Shown: one piece after another, positions 9,323 to 18,017 of the stretch
Layout: every line of letters begins with the position of its first letter
How positions within the stretch are numbered: the first letter of the stretch is position 1
Source: Candidatus Microgenomates bacterium
Lineage (GTDB): Bacteria; Patescibacteriota; Microgenomatia; UBA8517
NCBI GenBank assembly: GCA_049519355.1
Contig: JBEKQV010000001.1
Location: 150,408-214,407 of the forward strand
Direction of reading: 5' to 3'
Length of the DNA: 64,000 nt
Program-made: the position numbers and the translations under genes
Notes under the pieces: generated by a model
Database searches by the model: none
The model's input: the letters and a program-made list of their open reading frames with translations, nothing else
What the model was told of the DNA's origin: nothing

Positions 9323-9598
9323 TTAACGGCTGACTTGCCTCTTTAATTTTTTTCCTGAAGTAAAACGCGGAGATCTATGAGATTTTATGGAAACTGTTTT
9401 ATCGGTTTTAGGAATTTTAACTGTTTTACCTTTCATGGAGATTACTCTGAAAGTTCCAAATCCTGAAAGAACTACTTTCTCTCCTTTTGCAAGAACTCTT
9501 CCTACTTCGTCGAGAAAAACTTCAACAGCTTCATCTGCAGCTTTTTTTGTAAGATGCGCTTTTCTTGCAACCTGCTCGACAAGTTCTGCTTTTGTCAT
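9323..9598 (-). CDS. hup: HU family DNA-binding protein
   Basis: MTKAELVEQVARKAHLTKKAADEAVEVFL... with the GFGTF arm motif. The ATG at 9598 is preferred over the TTG at 9607. Confidence 0.9.
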   Translation of the reverse strand: MTKAELVEQVARKAHLTKKAADEAVEVFLDEVGRVLAKGEKVVLSGFGTFRVISMKGKTVKIPKTDKTVSIKSHRSPRFTSGKKLKRQVSR

Positions 9599-9658
9599 TC
9601 TAAGCAAGGAGCATAATGCACTCTAAGACAAATGTCAAGATTTCGGACTAATCCGGCA

Positions 9659-10567
9659 TTAAAATCCGTAAGACGATAGAGACGTGCTGCCAATTCTAAT
9701 TCTTGGAAGAGCAAATCTTTGCCCCTTGCATAGAATACTTCCGGAATTTTCCGTAAATGCAGCCTGATATCCCAAAGAAGCCAAATACTGTTCCGATTGG
9801 GTTGTATGAAGTCCATAGGGATAGGCAAAAACCTTGGGACTGCCAAGTCCATGATTGGCCAACTGCGTATCTGCAGTAGAAATTTCATACTGCATCGTGC
9901 TGACCGAAACTCCGACATTTTTGTGCGACCATGTATGGTTTGCAAAAAGAACCGGTCCATTCATTGCTGAAATTTGGTCCCACGTAAGATAATCAGGGTT
10001 ATCCATAAGTCCCGTCGGAACAAACATCGTTGCCTTATAACCCAGACTTTGTAAAACCGGATATGCATCCGTATAAAAATCTTCATAACCGTCATCAAAA
10101 GTCAGAAGAACACTTTTTGAAGGAACTGGCGTACCGCTGTCAAAAAAATTAACCAAGTCATTCATACTGGCAATGTTGTAACCTTTGTCTTTGAGATACT
10201 GCATCTGTTTCTGAAAAAAATCAGTATAAGTGGTTAATCCCGTTTGTTTATCCGCTTTCGCTGCATCTTCCGATTGGATGTGATGATACATTAGAACCGG
10301 CAAATGGACACAAGGGCCATATAGTGTATTCATTTCGGCGAAGGTCATAGGTTTTGGAGTTGCTTTTGGTGTGGATGAAGCTGAAGGAGTCAAAACCGGA
10401 ACTATCTTTTTTATTACGGCTGGTTGGAAAACACTTTTATTGAAATATACAAAAATTGCCACAAAAATTAGTAGGGCAATTAAAATTACCCAGAGGAGAT
10501 TATTTTGCCGAGGTAGTTTCCGTCGCACGGACTTCGCGTATGACAGAAACCTTGATTTGGCCTGCAT
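9659..10567 (-). CDS. Polysaccharide deacetylase (NodB homology domain), membrane-anchored
   Basis: TFDDG, HTWSH and YPYG motifs with an N-terminal TM helix. ATG at 10567 has an AGAAAGAAG SD but overlaps the rny 3' end by about 68 nt in another frame. A TTG at 10609 is the alternative start. Confidence 0.75.
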   Translation of the reverse strand: MQAKSRFLSYAKSVRRKLPRQNNLLWVILIALLIFVAIFVYFNKSVFQPAVIKKIVPVLTPSASSTPKATPKPMTFAEMNTLYGPCVHLPVLMYHHIQSEDAAKADKQTGLTTYTDFFQKQMQYLKDKGYNIASMNDLVNFFDSGTPVPSKSVLLTFDDGYEDFYTDAYPVLQSLGYKATMFVPTGLMDNPDYLTWDQISAMNGPVLFANHTWSHKNVGVSVSTMQYEISTADTQLANHGLGSPKVFAYPYGLHTTQSEQYLASLGYQAAFTENSGSILCKGQRFALPRIRIGSTSLSSYGF

Positions 10568-11663
10568 ATTGCGCTTCTTTCTCAAGTTTATTTGCAATGT
10601 CGTGGGCAAGTATTGTTAATCTGTCATCATCAACTTCTTCAGGATTAACAATTACTCTAACGTCGCGGCCGGCTTGAAAAGCATAAACAGTATCGACCCC
10701 AGGGAAGCTTTTGGCAATCTCCTCAATCTTAGTCATCCTTTTGACATAATCTTCATGGGGTTCGTACCTTGCACCGGGCCGCGAACCGGAAATTGCATCC
10801 GCCATCCAAACAATTACGCTTTCATTAGAAGAAAATGGTCTGTCTTCATGATGTTCGGCAACGCAGGCGACAACTTCTTTCGGTATTCCGTATTTTTTGA
10901 GAAGGTTTACCCCCAACTCGACATGATTTCCCTCTTCATCTGTGACCACTTTTCCTACGTCATGAAGAAGACATCCGAGTCGCACAATATCAACATTTGC
11001 CCCGATTTCTTCGGCAATGGCAACTCCGATTTTGGTTTCCTCAATCGTGTGAATTCCAAGGTTTTGTCCGTAGGAAGTTCTAAATCTGAAGCGCCCGATA
11101 AGCCGCATAAGCTCAACCGGCAAGTTAAAAACTCCACATTCGTGGGTAATTTTCTTGCCTTCCTCCAAAAGCACGTCTTCCATCTGAGCTTTCACTTGTC
11201 TAATTACTTCTTCAATTCTTGAAGGCTGGATTCTGGCATCCTTTATAAGGATTTCGAGGGCCCTTTTGGCAATTTCACGCCTGACCGAGTCAAATGAGGA
11301 GAGCCTGATTTCATTAGTTTCATCAATTTCAATCTCAACCCCCGCTTCCTTCTCAAAAGTGCGGATGTTACGGCCTCCTGCGCCAATTATACGGCCCTTT
11401 ACGTCCTCATTCGGCACAGTTACGGAAGAAACGGTATATTCGGCCACATAGCCTGTCGCACCATGTCTCATAGCATCGAGAAGAATCTCCTGAGCCTTCT
11501 GGCCGGCCTCTTCTTTTATCTTTTCCTCAGCTGCCCTGATCTTCTTGGCAATCTCTCCTGTAAGTTCGGTCTGAACCTCATCCAGGAGGGCCTTTTTGGC
11601 CTCATCAGAGGTCATATGAGCCACTTTGCTCAACTTTTCGGTATATTCGTCTTTTGTGGTCAT
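10500..11663 (-). CDS. rny: Ribonuclease Y, N-terminally short form (no TM anchor or long coiled coil)
   Basis: KH domain GRIIGAGGRNIR and HD domain LLHDVGK, with strong overall similarity to RNase Y from residue about 120 onward. The ORF cannot extend upstream because of an in-frame stop. Start is ATG 11663 or TTG 11681. Confidence 0.85.
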   Translation of the reverse strand: MTTKDEYTEKLSKVAHMTSDEAKKALLDEVQTELTGEIAKKIRAAEEKIKEEAGQKAQEILLDAMRHGATGYVAEYTVSSVTVPNEDVKGRIIGAGGRNIRTFEKEAGVEIEIDETNEIRLSSFDSVRREIAKRALEILIKDARIQPSRIEEVIRQVKAQMEDVLLEEGKKITHECGVFNLPVELMRLIGRFRFRTSYGQNLGIHTIEETKIGVAIAEEIGANVDIVRLGCLLHDVGKVVTDEEGNHVELGVNLLKKYGIPKEVVACVAEHHEDRPFSSNESVIVWMADAISGSRPGARYEPHEDYVKRMTKIEEIAKSFPGVDTVYAFQAGRDVRVIVNPEEVDDDRLTILAHDIANKLEKEAQYAGQIKVSVIREVRATETTSAK

Positions 11664-11769
11664 TTTTAGATGTGGAGCCAAAGAAAGATAGCCTTAAATT
11701 AGGCTGGAAACGAACGAAGAAGCAAATTTTGTCATCTTCTTGCTCATATCTTTGACTCTAGGAGGTATT

Positions 11770-12381
11770 TTAACCCTCCGCTACCACTTTTTCAATCACA
11801 TTCCACCCAAATCCCTTCCCCGCCAGATATTGCGATATTTTTTGCCGTCTTAAACGGGGTTCCAGACCTTTCCATTTATAGGCCTTCTTTTCGAGTAAAT
11901 CTCTCGCCATTTTCTCCTCATCCACAACTTCCTCACCCAACACTTCATCAATTATTCCCTTATCAATTCCCTTAATTCTCAATTCCTGTATCAGAATTCT
12001 TTTTGGCTTGGGCTTAAAGTTGGCTCGCTGGTCAACCCACCATTTGGCAAACTTTGCATCATCCAAAAGCTCAAAATGCCTAAGTTTTTCAAATAGGTTT
12101 TCGTGCATGCTTTCGTGCACTTTTTTTCGGCGGAAGTAATCTTTAATTTCTTTCTCGCTTCTCGGCCTGACCATCGCAAACCTAAAAAGTTTATCCAGAG
12201 TTTTCTGGAATTCGGCTTTCCTAACAATTTCTTCAACTTCCTTTTCAGTCAGCTCCTGATTAACTTTCAAGTGGAGTAAAACAAAGTTCGTCAGGTCAAT
12301 TCCAAACCCAAACTTGTCATCCAAATAAACATTTACCCTGTCTTTTTTTTTCTGTTGTTTTATCGAAGTTATTACCGGCAC
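11770..12381 (-). CDS. recX: Regulatory protein RecX
   Basis: N-terminal VNVYLDDKFGFGIDLTNFVLLHLKVNQELTEKEVEEI is typical of RecX. Immediately downstream of recA. Confidence 0.85.
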   Translation of the reverse strand: MPVITSIKQQKKKDRVNVYLDDKFGFGIDLTNFVLLHLKVNQELTEKEVEEIVRKAEFQKTLDKLFRFAMVRPRSEKEIKDYFRRKKVHESMHENLFEKLRHFELLDDAKFAKWWVDQRANFKPKPKRILIQELRIKGIDKGIIDEVLGEEVVDEEKMARDLLEKKAYKWKGLEPRLRRQKISQYLAGKGFGWNVIEKVVAEG

Positions 12382-12390
12382 AAAGTAATT

Positions 12391-13473
12391 CTAATCTTCT
12401 TTTTCCTCTTCTCCAATTTCCTTGGGGAGCTTTTTACCTGAAGCAACCATTTCGCGGATTTTTTTGTCCAGTTCTTCTGCAATCTTAGTGTGCTCAGCAA
12501 AATATGCTTTTGCGGCTTCTTTACCCTGGGCAATGGGTTTACCTTCATAATTGAAGAACGATCCACTCTTGCCGATTAGCCCCAGTTCGAGTCCGACATC
12601 GAGTAGTCCTCCGGTCTTTGAAATCCCTTCGGTTTCCATAATATCAAACTCAGCTACACGGAGCGGAGGTGCACATTTATTTTTAACAATTCTTGCGCGG
12701 TGACGGGAACCGATGACTTTTTCACCGTCTTTAAGAACCTCAATTCTTCTCAAATCAATTCTGACCGACGAATAGAATTTGAGAGCAAGGCCACCCGGGG
12801 TTGTTTCGGGATTACCAAACATAACTCCGATTTTTTGTCTGAGTTGGTTTGTAAAAATAAGAACCGTTTTTGATTTGGAAATGGCACCGGTTAATTTTCT
12901 AAGGGCCTGAGACATAAGGCGGGCCTGCATTCCCATAACCGCATCCCCCATTTCACCTTCAAGTTCCGCGCGCGGTACAAGAGCCGCAACCGAGTCCACT
13001 ACAACTACGTCAATTGCCCCCGAGCGGATTAAGGTTTCTGTTATTTCCAAGGCCTGTTCTCCCGTATCCGGCTGGGACATAAGAAGGTTATCAAGGTCAA
13101 CCCCAAGTATTTCGGCGCGCTGCGGGTCCAAGGCGTGTTCGGCGTCAACAAATGCACACTGCCCGCCTTTTTTCTGTGCTTCAGCAATAACCGAAAGAGC
13201 AAGTGTGGTTTTACCGGAAGCTTCAGGACCGAAGATTTCAGTGATACGGCCTCTTGGCAGCCCTCCAACTCCAAGAGCCAAGTCAACAGCAATGGAACCT
13301 GTAGGAATAACGTCGATTGTATACTTTTGGCCTTCCCCACCAAGCCGCATAATGCTTCCTTTGCCGTACTGCTTTTCGATTTGATCCATGGCAAGTCTTA
13401 TAGCCTGTAGTTTTGCCGATCCTCCCTCAGTTTGTTTTGGAGCCTCTACTTCGGGTTTTTTCTGTTTCGCCAT
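12391..13473 (-). CDS. recA: Recombinase RecA
   Basis: [16 protein letters not shown], Walker [10 protein letters not shown] and the conserved L2 region. Confidence 0.95.
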   Translation of the reverse strand: MAKQKKPEVEAPKQTEGGSAKLQAIRLAMDQIEKQYGKGSIMRLGGEGQKYTIDVIPTGSIAVDLALGVGGLPRGRITEIFGPEASGKTTLALSVIAEAQKKGGQCAFVDAEHALDPQRAEILGVDLDNLLMSQPDTGEQALEITETLIRSGAIDVVVVDSVAALVPRAELEGEMGDAVMGMQARLMSQALRKLTGAISKSKTVLIFTNQLRQKIGVMFGNPETTPGGLALKFYSSVRIDLRRIEVLKDGEKVIGSRHRARIVKNKCAPPLRVAEFDIMETEGISKTGGLLDVGLELGLIGKSGSFFNYEGKPIAQGKEAAKAYFAEHTKIAEELDKKIREMVASGKKLPKEIGEEEKED

Positions 13474-13528
13474 TCCGGTATCTTTTTACTATGGTACCAA
13501 ACAAAATGCAATGAGGAAAAATTCTCAG

Positions 13529-13599
13529 TCGGGGTGCTGAGAATTGAACTCAGTTCTGACGCACCCCATGCGCCAATTCTACCGGTGAACTACACCCCG
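13529..13599 (-). tRNA. tRNA-Pro (anticodon GGG), 71 nt, CCA not encoded
   Basis: Hand-folded cloverleaf: acceptor CGGGGTG/CACCCCG with the C1:G72 pair and A73 typical of bacterial tRNA-Pro; D arm GTTC-ACCGGTA-GAAT; anticodon arm GGCGC-ATGGGGT-GCGTC; T arm CTGAG-TTCAATT-CTCAG. Confidence 0.85.
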
Positions 13600-13607
13600 T
13601 CACGCGT

Positions 13608-13616
13608 ATTTTATCA
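13608..13616 (-). promoter_or_regulatory. Extended -10 promoter (TGATAAAAT) for tRNA-Pro
   Basis: TGnTAAAAT lies 8 nt upstream of the tRNA 5' end. Confidence 0.35.
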
Positions 13617-13683
13617 CGAAAGTGCCTTTACCATGAGGTTGTCATAAAACAGAGGGTAAGCTGTGCTTATCATAAACAGAAGC

Positions 13684-13935
13684 TTAATGTTTTGGTCCAC
13701 ACTCACCTGGACCATCAAATGTTGGATTCCAACCTTGGGGATGATATTGAGAGCGTTCTAGAGCTACAAATTTTTCATGATATTTTCTCGCTCTTGCTTC
13801 AACCCGTGCTTCAAACCAATCCTTCCATTGTTGAAGAGTCGGATTCTCCGGAAGTAGTATCGCTTCTTCAGATACGGCGGTTTGCCCACCTTGACCTTTT
13901 GTCAGTTCAGCACTCACGCCGAAATAATAACACAA
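13684..13935 (-). CDS. Possible small hypothetical protein (83 aa, TTG/GTG start only); may be noncoding
   Basis: Third codon positions are AT-rich, which suggests coding, but there is no in-frame ATG and no SD. The region is higher GC and is also covered by a plus-strand ORF. Confidence 0.2.
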   Translation of the reverse strand: MCYYFGVSAELTKGQGGQTAVSEEAILLPENPTLQQWKDWFEARVEARARKYHEKFVALERSQYHPQGWNPTFDGPGECGPKH

Positions 13936-13957
13936 AGGTAAAATTGAAGCAAAAAGC

Positions 13958-14368
13958 TTAACGCTTTGGAGACTGCCTTTTTCTGCGGGACTTTCCGCCC
14001 ATTCCGACCATTCTTCTTTGCCTGATTCTTGAGTCGCGGGTAAGAAGGTTTAATTTCCTAAGGGTAACTCTGTTTTTATCGGGAGCAATTTTTACCAAAG
14101 TTCTGGAAAGGCCCAAAATTAATGCACCTAACTGTCCTTCTTTTCCGCCTCCCGAAACTCTCGCCGAATAATAATATTTTTCGGAAGTTTCAGTTGCACC
14201 GAAGGGTTTAGCAATTGCCTTTGCCGCAATTTCACCCGGAAAATATTTCTCAGCCGGCATTCCGTTAACCGTGTTTTCTCCCTTACCTCTGAAAAGTCTC
14301 ACTCTTGCCGAGCTTTCTCTCCTTCTGCCTACTGCATATGTGTAATCTATCTTTTTAATTCTTGCCAT
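13958..14368 (-). CDS. rpsI: 30S ribosomal protein S9
   Basis: YTYAVGRRRESSARV N-terminal region and a C-terminal RRKRQSPKR. Start is taken at MARIKK (ATG 14368). Confidence 0.9.
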   Translation of the reverse strand: MARIKKIDYTYAVGRRRESSARVRLFRGKGENTVNGMPAEKYFPGEIAAKAIAKPFGATETSEKYYYSARVSGGGKEGQLGALILGLSRTLVKIAPDKNRVTLRKLNLLTRDSRIRQRRMVGMGGKSRRKRQSPKR

Positions 14369-14813
14369 GGTTCGATTCGTCTGACTCACTCACCACGATA
14401 GTTTTAAATTTGTCCTCGTATGGATTTTTGTCACCTGCAACCGCGTGCAATCTTAACATCCTGGCATCTTTTAATCTATTATCGGGAATCATTCCAGCAA
14501 CGGCGTGTTCGATTATTTTTCCCGGATCTTTTTCCATCAAAATGCTGTATTTTTTAGCCTTAAATCCACCCGGGTATCCCGAATGGGTTATGTAAACTTT
14601 TTTGGAAGCTTTTCTACCGGTAACCATAATCTTATCGGCGTTGATAACGACCACATTATCACCGGAATCCATGTGACGGCTAAATGTTGCTTTACCCTTA
14701 CCCATGAGAAGTCCTGCAATTTTTGTGGAAAGTCTTCCCAATATCTGATCATTAGCATCAACTAAATGCCATTCTCTTTTTATATCTTTTGGTGTGGGAG
14801 AAAACGTTTTCAT
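14355..14813 (-). CDS. rplM: 50S ribosomal protein L13
   Basis: MKTFSPTPKDIKREWHLVDANDQILGRLST matches the L13 N-terminus. Confidence 0.95.
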   Translation of the reverse strand: MKTFSPTPKDIKREWHLVDANDQILGRLSTKIAGLLMGKGKATFSRHMDSGDNVVVINADKIMVTGRKASKKVYITHSGYPGGFKAKKYSILMEKDPGKIIEHAVAGMIPDNRLKDARMLRLHAVAGDKNPYEDKFKTIVVSESDESNHGKN

Positions 14814-15265
14814 GATTTTTTGGCTTTCTTGATTTCTTTCTTGGGTTCTACCTTCTTAACGACTTCTTTTTTTGTTTCCGCTTTTTTGGATTTGTCTTCA
14901 AGCTCTACTTTTTCCGTCCATTCCATTCTAACTTGTTGGGCATTGTCCCCAACCCTCCTGGGAAGTGAAATAATTCTGGTAAAACCTGAGGTTTTGGAAG
15001 GAAATGCTTTTACAACTTTCTGGAATAAAATTTCTGTTGCATCTCTGGCATTATCCAGATTGCTCATAACCTTGCGTCTGGCAGAAAGTCCTCCGGCTTT
15101 GGCTAAGGTCACCATTTTATCCACACTACCCTGAACCGCCTTTGCTTTTGCGCGGGTGGTAACTATCTTCCCGTTAAGAATCAACGCCCTAGTTAGTGAA
15201 GCAAACAAAGCTTCTCTGGCCGGACGGGATCGGGAAAGTTTTCTTCCGAACACTTTCTTGTTCAT
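14810..15265 (-). CDS. rplQ: 50S ribosomal protein L17 with Lys-rich C-terminal tail
   Basis: GRKLSRSRPAREALFASLTRALI... core. Position after rpoA. Confidence 0.9.
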   Translation of the reverse strand: MNKKVFGRKLSRSRPAREALFASLTRALILNGKIVTTRAKAKAVQGSVDKMVTLAKAGGLSARRKVMSNLDNARDATEILFQKVVKAFPSKTSGFTRIISLPRRVGDNAQQVRMEWTEKVELEDKSKKAETKKEVVKKVEPKKEIKKAKKS

Positions 15266-15269
15266 AAGT

Positions 15270-16187
15270 TTACTTAATAGCGAGGAACTCGACTCCCTTT
15301 GTTCCGAGTGCAGCAGCTATAATCTTGAGGGATTTTTCACCCAAATTTCTAACCTTAACCAAATCCTCTTTCTTTGCGTGTGCAAGTTGCTCAACTGTTT
15401 CGAATCCGGCTTTAATTAAAGCATTGGCAACTCTTGTCGGGAGCCCGATTTCTTCAACAGAGAGCTTTCCAACCAAGCCTAGTTCATCTTTAGGAGCTTC
15501 CGTCGGTTTTTCAACCTTCTTAGGATTAACAACTTGTGCGAAGAATGACATTAGGATCTTGGCAGATTCCATTAATGCATCCTTTGCGGCAACAGTTCCG
15601 TCCGTCCAAATTTCGAGAAGAAGCTTGTCATAATTTGTAAGTCTCCCTACACGGGTTTCCTCAATTTTGTAACTAACACGCTGAACCGGAGAAAAAGAGG
15701 CATCCACCGGGATTAAACCAATTGTATCTGTAGGTCTATCCTCAGCCGGAGAATATCCGACTCCACTTTCAATTGTAATATCAGCGGAGAGTTTTGAGCC
15801 TTTATTTAGGGTTCCCAAAACCAGTTCAGGATTGGCAATCTTAATTCCGCCTCCAACTTTAATCTCACTAGCCGTAAACTCTCCCGTCTTGGTAACTTCG
15901 ATTGTTGCCTTAACAGGTTTTTCAACTTTTCCTGAAAATCTAACCTTTTTGAGGTTAAGAACAAATTCAACAATATCTTCTTTCATTCCGGCAAGTGTGG
16001 AAAATTGATGTTTAACTCCGGCAATTTTTACGGAGGTAATAGCAATTCCTTGAAGTGAGGTCAAAAGCACTCTTCTAAGGGAGTTCCCAATCGTAAGCCC
16101 ATACCCCTGTTCCAAAGGGGAAATGGTAAATCTGCCGTATCCGGCGTCTTTCTTTTCTTCTTTAATTTCAAATAATGGCTCGTTCAT
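15270..16187 (-). CDS. rpoA: DNA-directed RNA polymerase subunit alpha
   Basis: 305 aa with N-terminal GYGLTIGNSLRRVLLTSLQG and a C-terminal alpha-CTD. Confidence 0.95.
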   Translation of the reverse strand: MNEPLFEIKEEKKDAGYGRFTISPLEQGYGLTIGNSLRRVLLTSLQGIAITSVKIAGVKHQFSTLAGMKEDIVEFVLNLKKVRFSGKVEKPVKATIEVTKTGEFTASEIKVGGGIKIANPELVLGTLNKGSKLSADITIESGVGYSPAEDRPTDTIGLIPVDASFSPVQRVSYKIEETRVGRLTNYDKLLLEIWTDGTVAAKDALMESAKILMSFFAQVVNPKKVEKPTEAPKDELGLVGKLSVEEIGLPTRVANALIKAGFETVEQLAHAKKEDLVKVRNLGEKSLKIIAAALGTKGVEFLAIK

Positions 16188-16226
16188 ATTTCTTTCAATA
16201 TACAGTCTTATTTAAGACTAGGGTGT

Positions 16227-16255
16227 ATTATAACCCAAGGCTAATTGGGAATCAA
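16227..16255 (-). promoter_or_regulatory. Sigma-70-like promoter TTGATT-17-TATAAT upstream of rpoA, with a 5'-UTR palindrome
   Basis: Minus strand reads TTGATTcccaattagccttgggtTATAAT in the rpsD-rpoA gap, followed by the palindrome AGTCTTAaaTAAGACT. Confidence 0.5.
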
Positions 16256-16262
16256 GCAGCGC

Positions 16263-16862
16263 TTACCGAGAATAAAACTCGACTATATCCTGCTCGCTGA
16301 TAGGCTCGGTTATATCCTCCCTCTTGGGAAGAGCGGCAATTTTACCCACAAGGGCCTTTTTCTCAAGCCAGCCAGGAAGCTTCCAATCCTTTTGCTCTAT
16401 GGCTTTTTTGATCTCCGGAATAGCGGCGGCCTTGGAATCAATAGAAACTATATCTCCAACCGATAACTTATAGGAGGGAATATTAACTTTCTTACCGTTT
16501 ACCAGAACGTGCCTGTGGGAAACAAGTTGTCTGGCGGCGGGTCTGCTCGGAGCAAATCCAAGCCTGAATACAACATTATCAAGACGTTTTTCAAGACTTA
16601 TTAGGATTGCTTCACCCGTATTGCCTTTGGTCCTGAAAGCATCTTCAGCGTACCTTCTGAACTGCTTCTCCAAAATTCCGTAAATTCTTTTAACCTTTTG
16701 CTTCTCCCTTAGCTGCCTGCCGTATTGGGAAGGACCTCTCATTCCTTTCGGGCCATGAACTCCGGGCGGGACATTAAGTCTCGTCAATTTCGCCCCCGCG
16801 CTGAAAATATCAAAATTCTCGCGCCTTGATAACCTGTCTTTTGGTCCTACGTATTTTGCCAT
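16263..16862 (-). CDS. rpsD: 30S ribosomal protein S4
   Basis: MAKYVGPKDRLSRRENFDIF... S4 N-terminus. Confidence 0.95.
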   Translation of the reverse strand: MAKYVGPKDRLSRRENFDIFSAGAKLTRLNVPPGVHGPKGMRGPSQYGRQLREKQKVKRIYGILEKQFRRYAEDAFRTKGNTGEAILISLEKRLDNVVFRLGFAPSRPAARQLVSHRHVLVNGKKVNIPSYKLSVGDIVSIDSKAAAIPEIKKAIEQKDWKLPGWLEKKALVGKIAALPKREDITEPISEQDIVEFYSR

Positions 16863-16865
16863 ATT

Positions 16866-17246
16866 TTAAACTCTCCTCTTCTTGCTCGGCCTAGGTCCGT
16901 TATGAGGAACCGGTGTAATATCTGCAATCAGGGCAATTTTGACTCCCGCGGCTCTAACCGCACGAAGGGCTGCATCTCTCCCAGCGCCCGGACCTTTTAC
17001 ATAAATCTCAACTTCATTTACTCCAAATTCATCTTTTGCTCTACCAATTACCTTCTCAACCGCCGTTGTTGCCGCATACGGGGTGGCGCGCCTTGTACCT
17101 TTAAATCCGGACGCACCCGATGAACCCCAGGCCAAAGTTTCTCCCAAGGTATTTGTAACGGTTACAAGGGTATTATTGAAAGACGCAGAAATATAAACTC
17201 TACCCAAACCAACTTCCTTTTTTGTATTTTTAGTTTTGGTTGCCAT
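16866..17246 (-). CDS. rpsK: 30S ribosomal protein S11
   Basis: Conserved S11 core ...GSSGASGFKGTRRATPYAA... Confidence 0.95.
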   Translation of the reverse strand: MATKTKNTKKEVGLGRVYISASFNNTLVTVTNTLGETLAWGSSGASGFKGTRRATPYAATTAVEKVIGRAKDEFGVNEVEIYVKGPGAGRDAALRAVRAAGVKIALIADITPVPHNGPRPSKKRRV

Positions 17247-17269
17247 GTTTTGTCCGAAATAAACTTAGT

Positions 17270-17680
17270 TTATTTCTTCTCTTCCTCCTTACCCGCCGTC
17301 AGCTTCGATAGTATTTCTTTCTTAAAGGCTCCGACAGTCTTTCTCTTGCCGCGCTTTGTACGTGCATTTGTTCTAGTTCTCTGACCTCTAACGGGCAAGT
17401 TTTTGGCGTGCCTTGAGCCTCGATACGATCCAATTACTTGAAGCCTTTGGATATTTCCCCTGACGCTTCTTACCAGATCCCCTTCAATCTGGTATTTATC
17501 AAGTTGATTTGTAATTTTAGTAACCTCGTCATTTGTCAGCTCGGAAACTCTTTTTTTAGTATCAATTCCGGCATCCTTCACAACCTTTTTTGACAACGAC
17601 CAACCAATACCCCGAATTTTGGTAAGGGCGAAGTCTACTTTCCAGTTATCTTGTAGGTCAACTCCTGCAATTCTTGCCAT
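17270..17680 (-). CDS. rpsM: 30S ribosomal protein S13
   Basis: MARIAGVDLQDNWKVDFALTKIRGIG. Confidence 0.95.
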   Translation of the reverse strand: MARIAGVDLQDNWKVDFALTKIRGIGWSLSKKVVKDAGIDTKKRVSELTNDEVTKITNQLDKYQIEGDLVRSVRGNIQRLQVIGSYRGSRHAKNLPVRGQRTRTNARTKRGKRKTVGAFKKEILSKLTAGKEEEKK

Positions 17681-17683
17681 ATT

Positions 17684-17797
17684 TTAGCCTTGACGTTGTT
17701 TATGCCTGGGGTTTTTACACACAACGTATAAAACGCCCTTGCGCTTAACAATTCTGCAATCTTTACACCTGACTTTTATCGAACTTAGTACCTTCAT
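17684..17797 (-). CDS. rpmJ: 50S ribosomal protein L36 (37 aa, Zn-ribbon form)
   Basis: Hand-translated [37 protein letters not shown] between infA and rpsM. Below the ORF-track size cutoff. Confidence 0.9.
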   Translation of the reverse strand: MKVLSSIKVRCKDCRIVKRKGVLYVVCKNPRHKQRQG

Positions 17798-17801
17798 TTT
17801 T

Positions 17802-18017
17802 TTAATACTTAAAAACTATCCTTCCTCTAGCCTCGTCATATGGTGTCATCTCAACTTTAACCCTGTCTCCCGGAAAAATTCTGACATAGGCTCTGCGCAT
17901 CTTTCCGGTCAAAGTCGCCAGTATTGTCCTTCCGTCCGATAGCTCCACCCTAAACATTGTATTGGGAAGAGCGGCAGACACACTCCCGTCGACTAAAACT
18001 ACATTTTTGGTTTTCAT
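17802..18017 (-). CDS. infA: Translation initiation factor IF-1
   Basis: 71 aa S1-like fold with ...[41 protein letters not shown]... Confidence 0.95.
   Translation of the reverse strand: MKTKNVVLVDGSVSAALPNTMFRVELSDGRTILATLTGKMRRAYVRIFPGDRVKVEMTPYDEARGRIVFKY

Noticed and set aside
9595-9960. 121-aa minus-strand ORF overlapping the HU gene start and deacetylase end
   Set aside because: Out-of-frame overlap with two well-supported genes, and no motifs.
11682-11769. 17-codon mini-ORF (MSKKMTKFASSFVSSLI) upstream of rny
   Set aside because: Too short and without SD. Considered only as a possible remnant of a lost RNase Y N-terminus, not reported as a gene.
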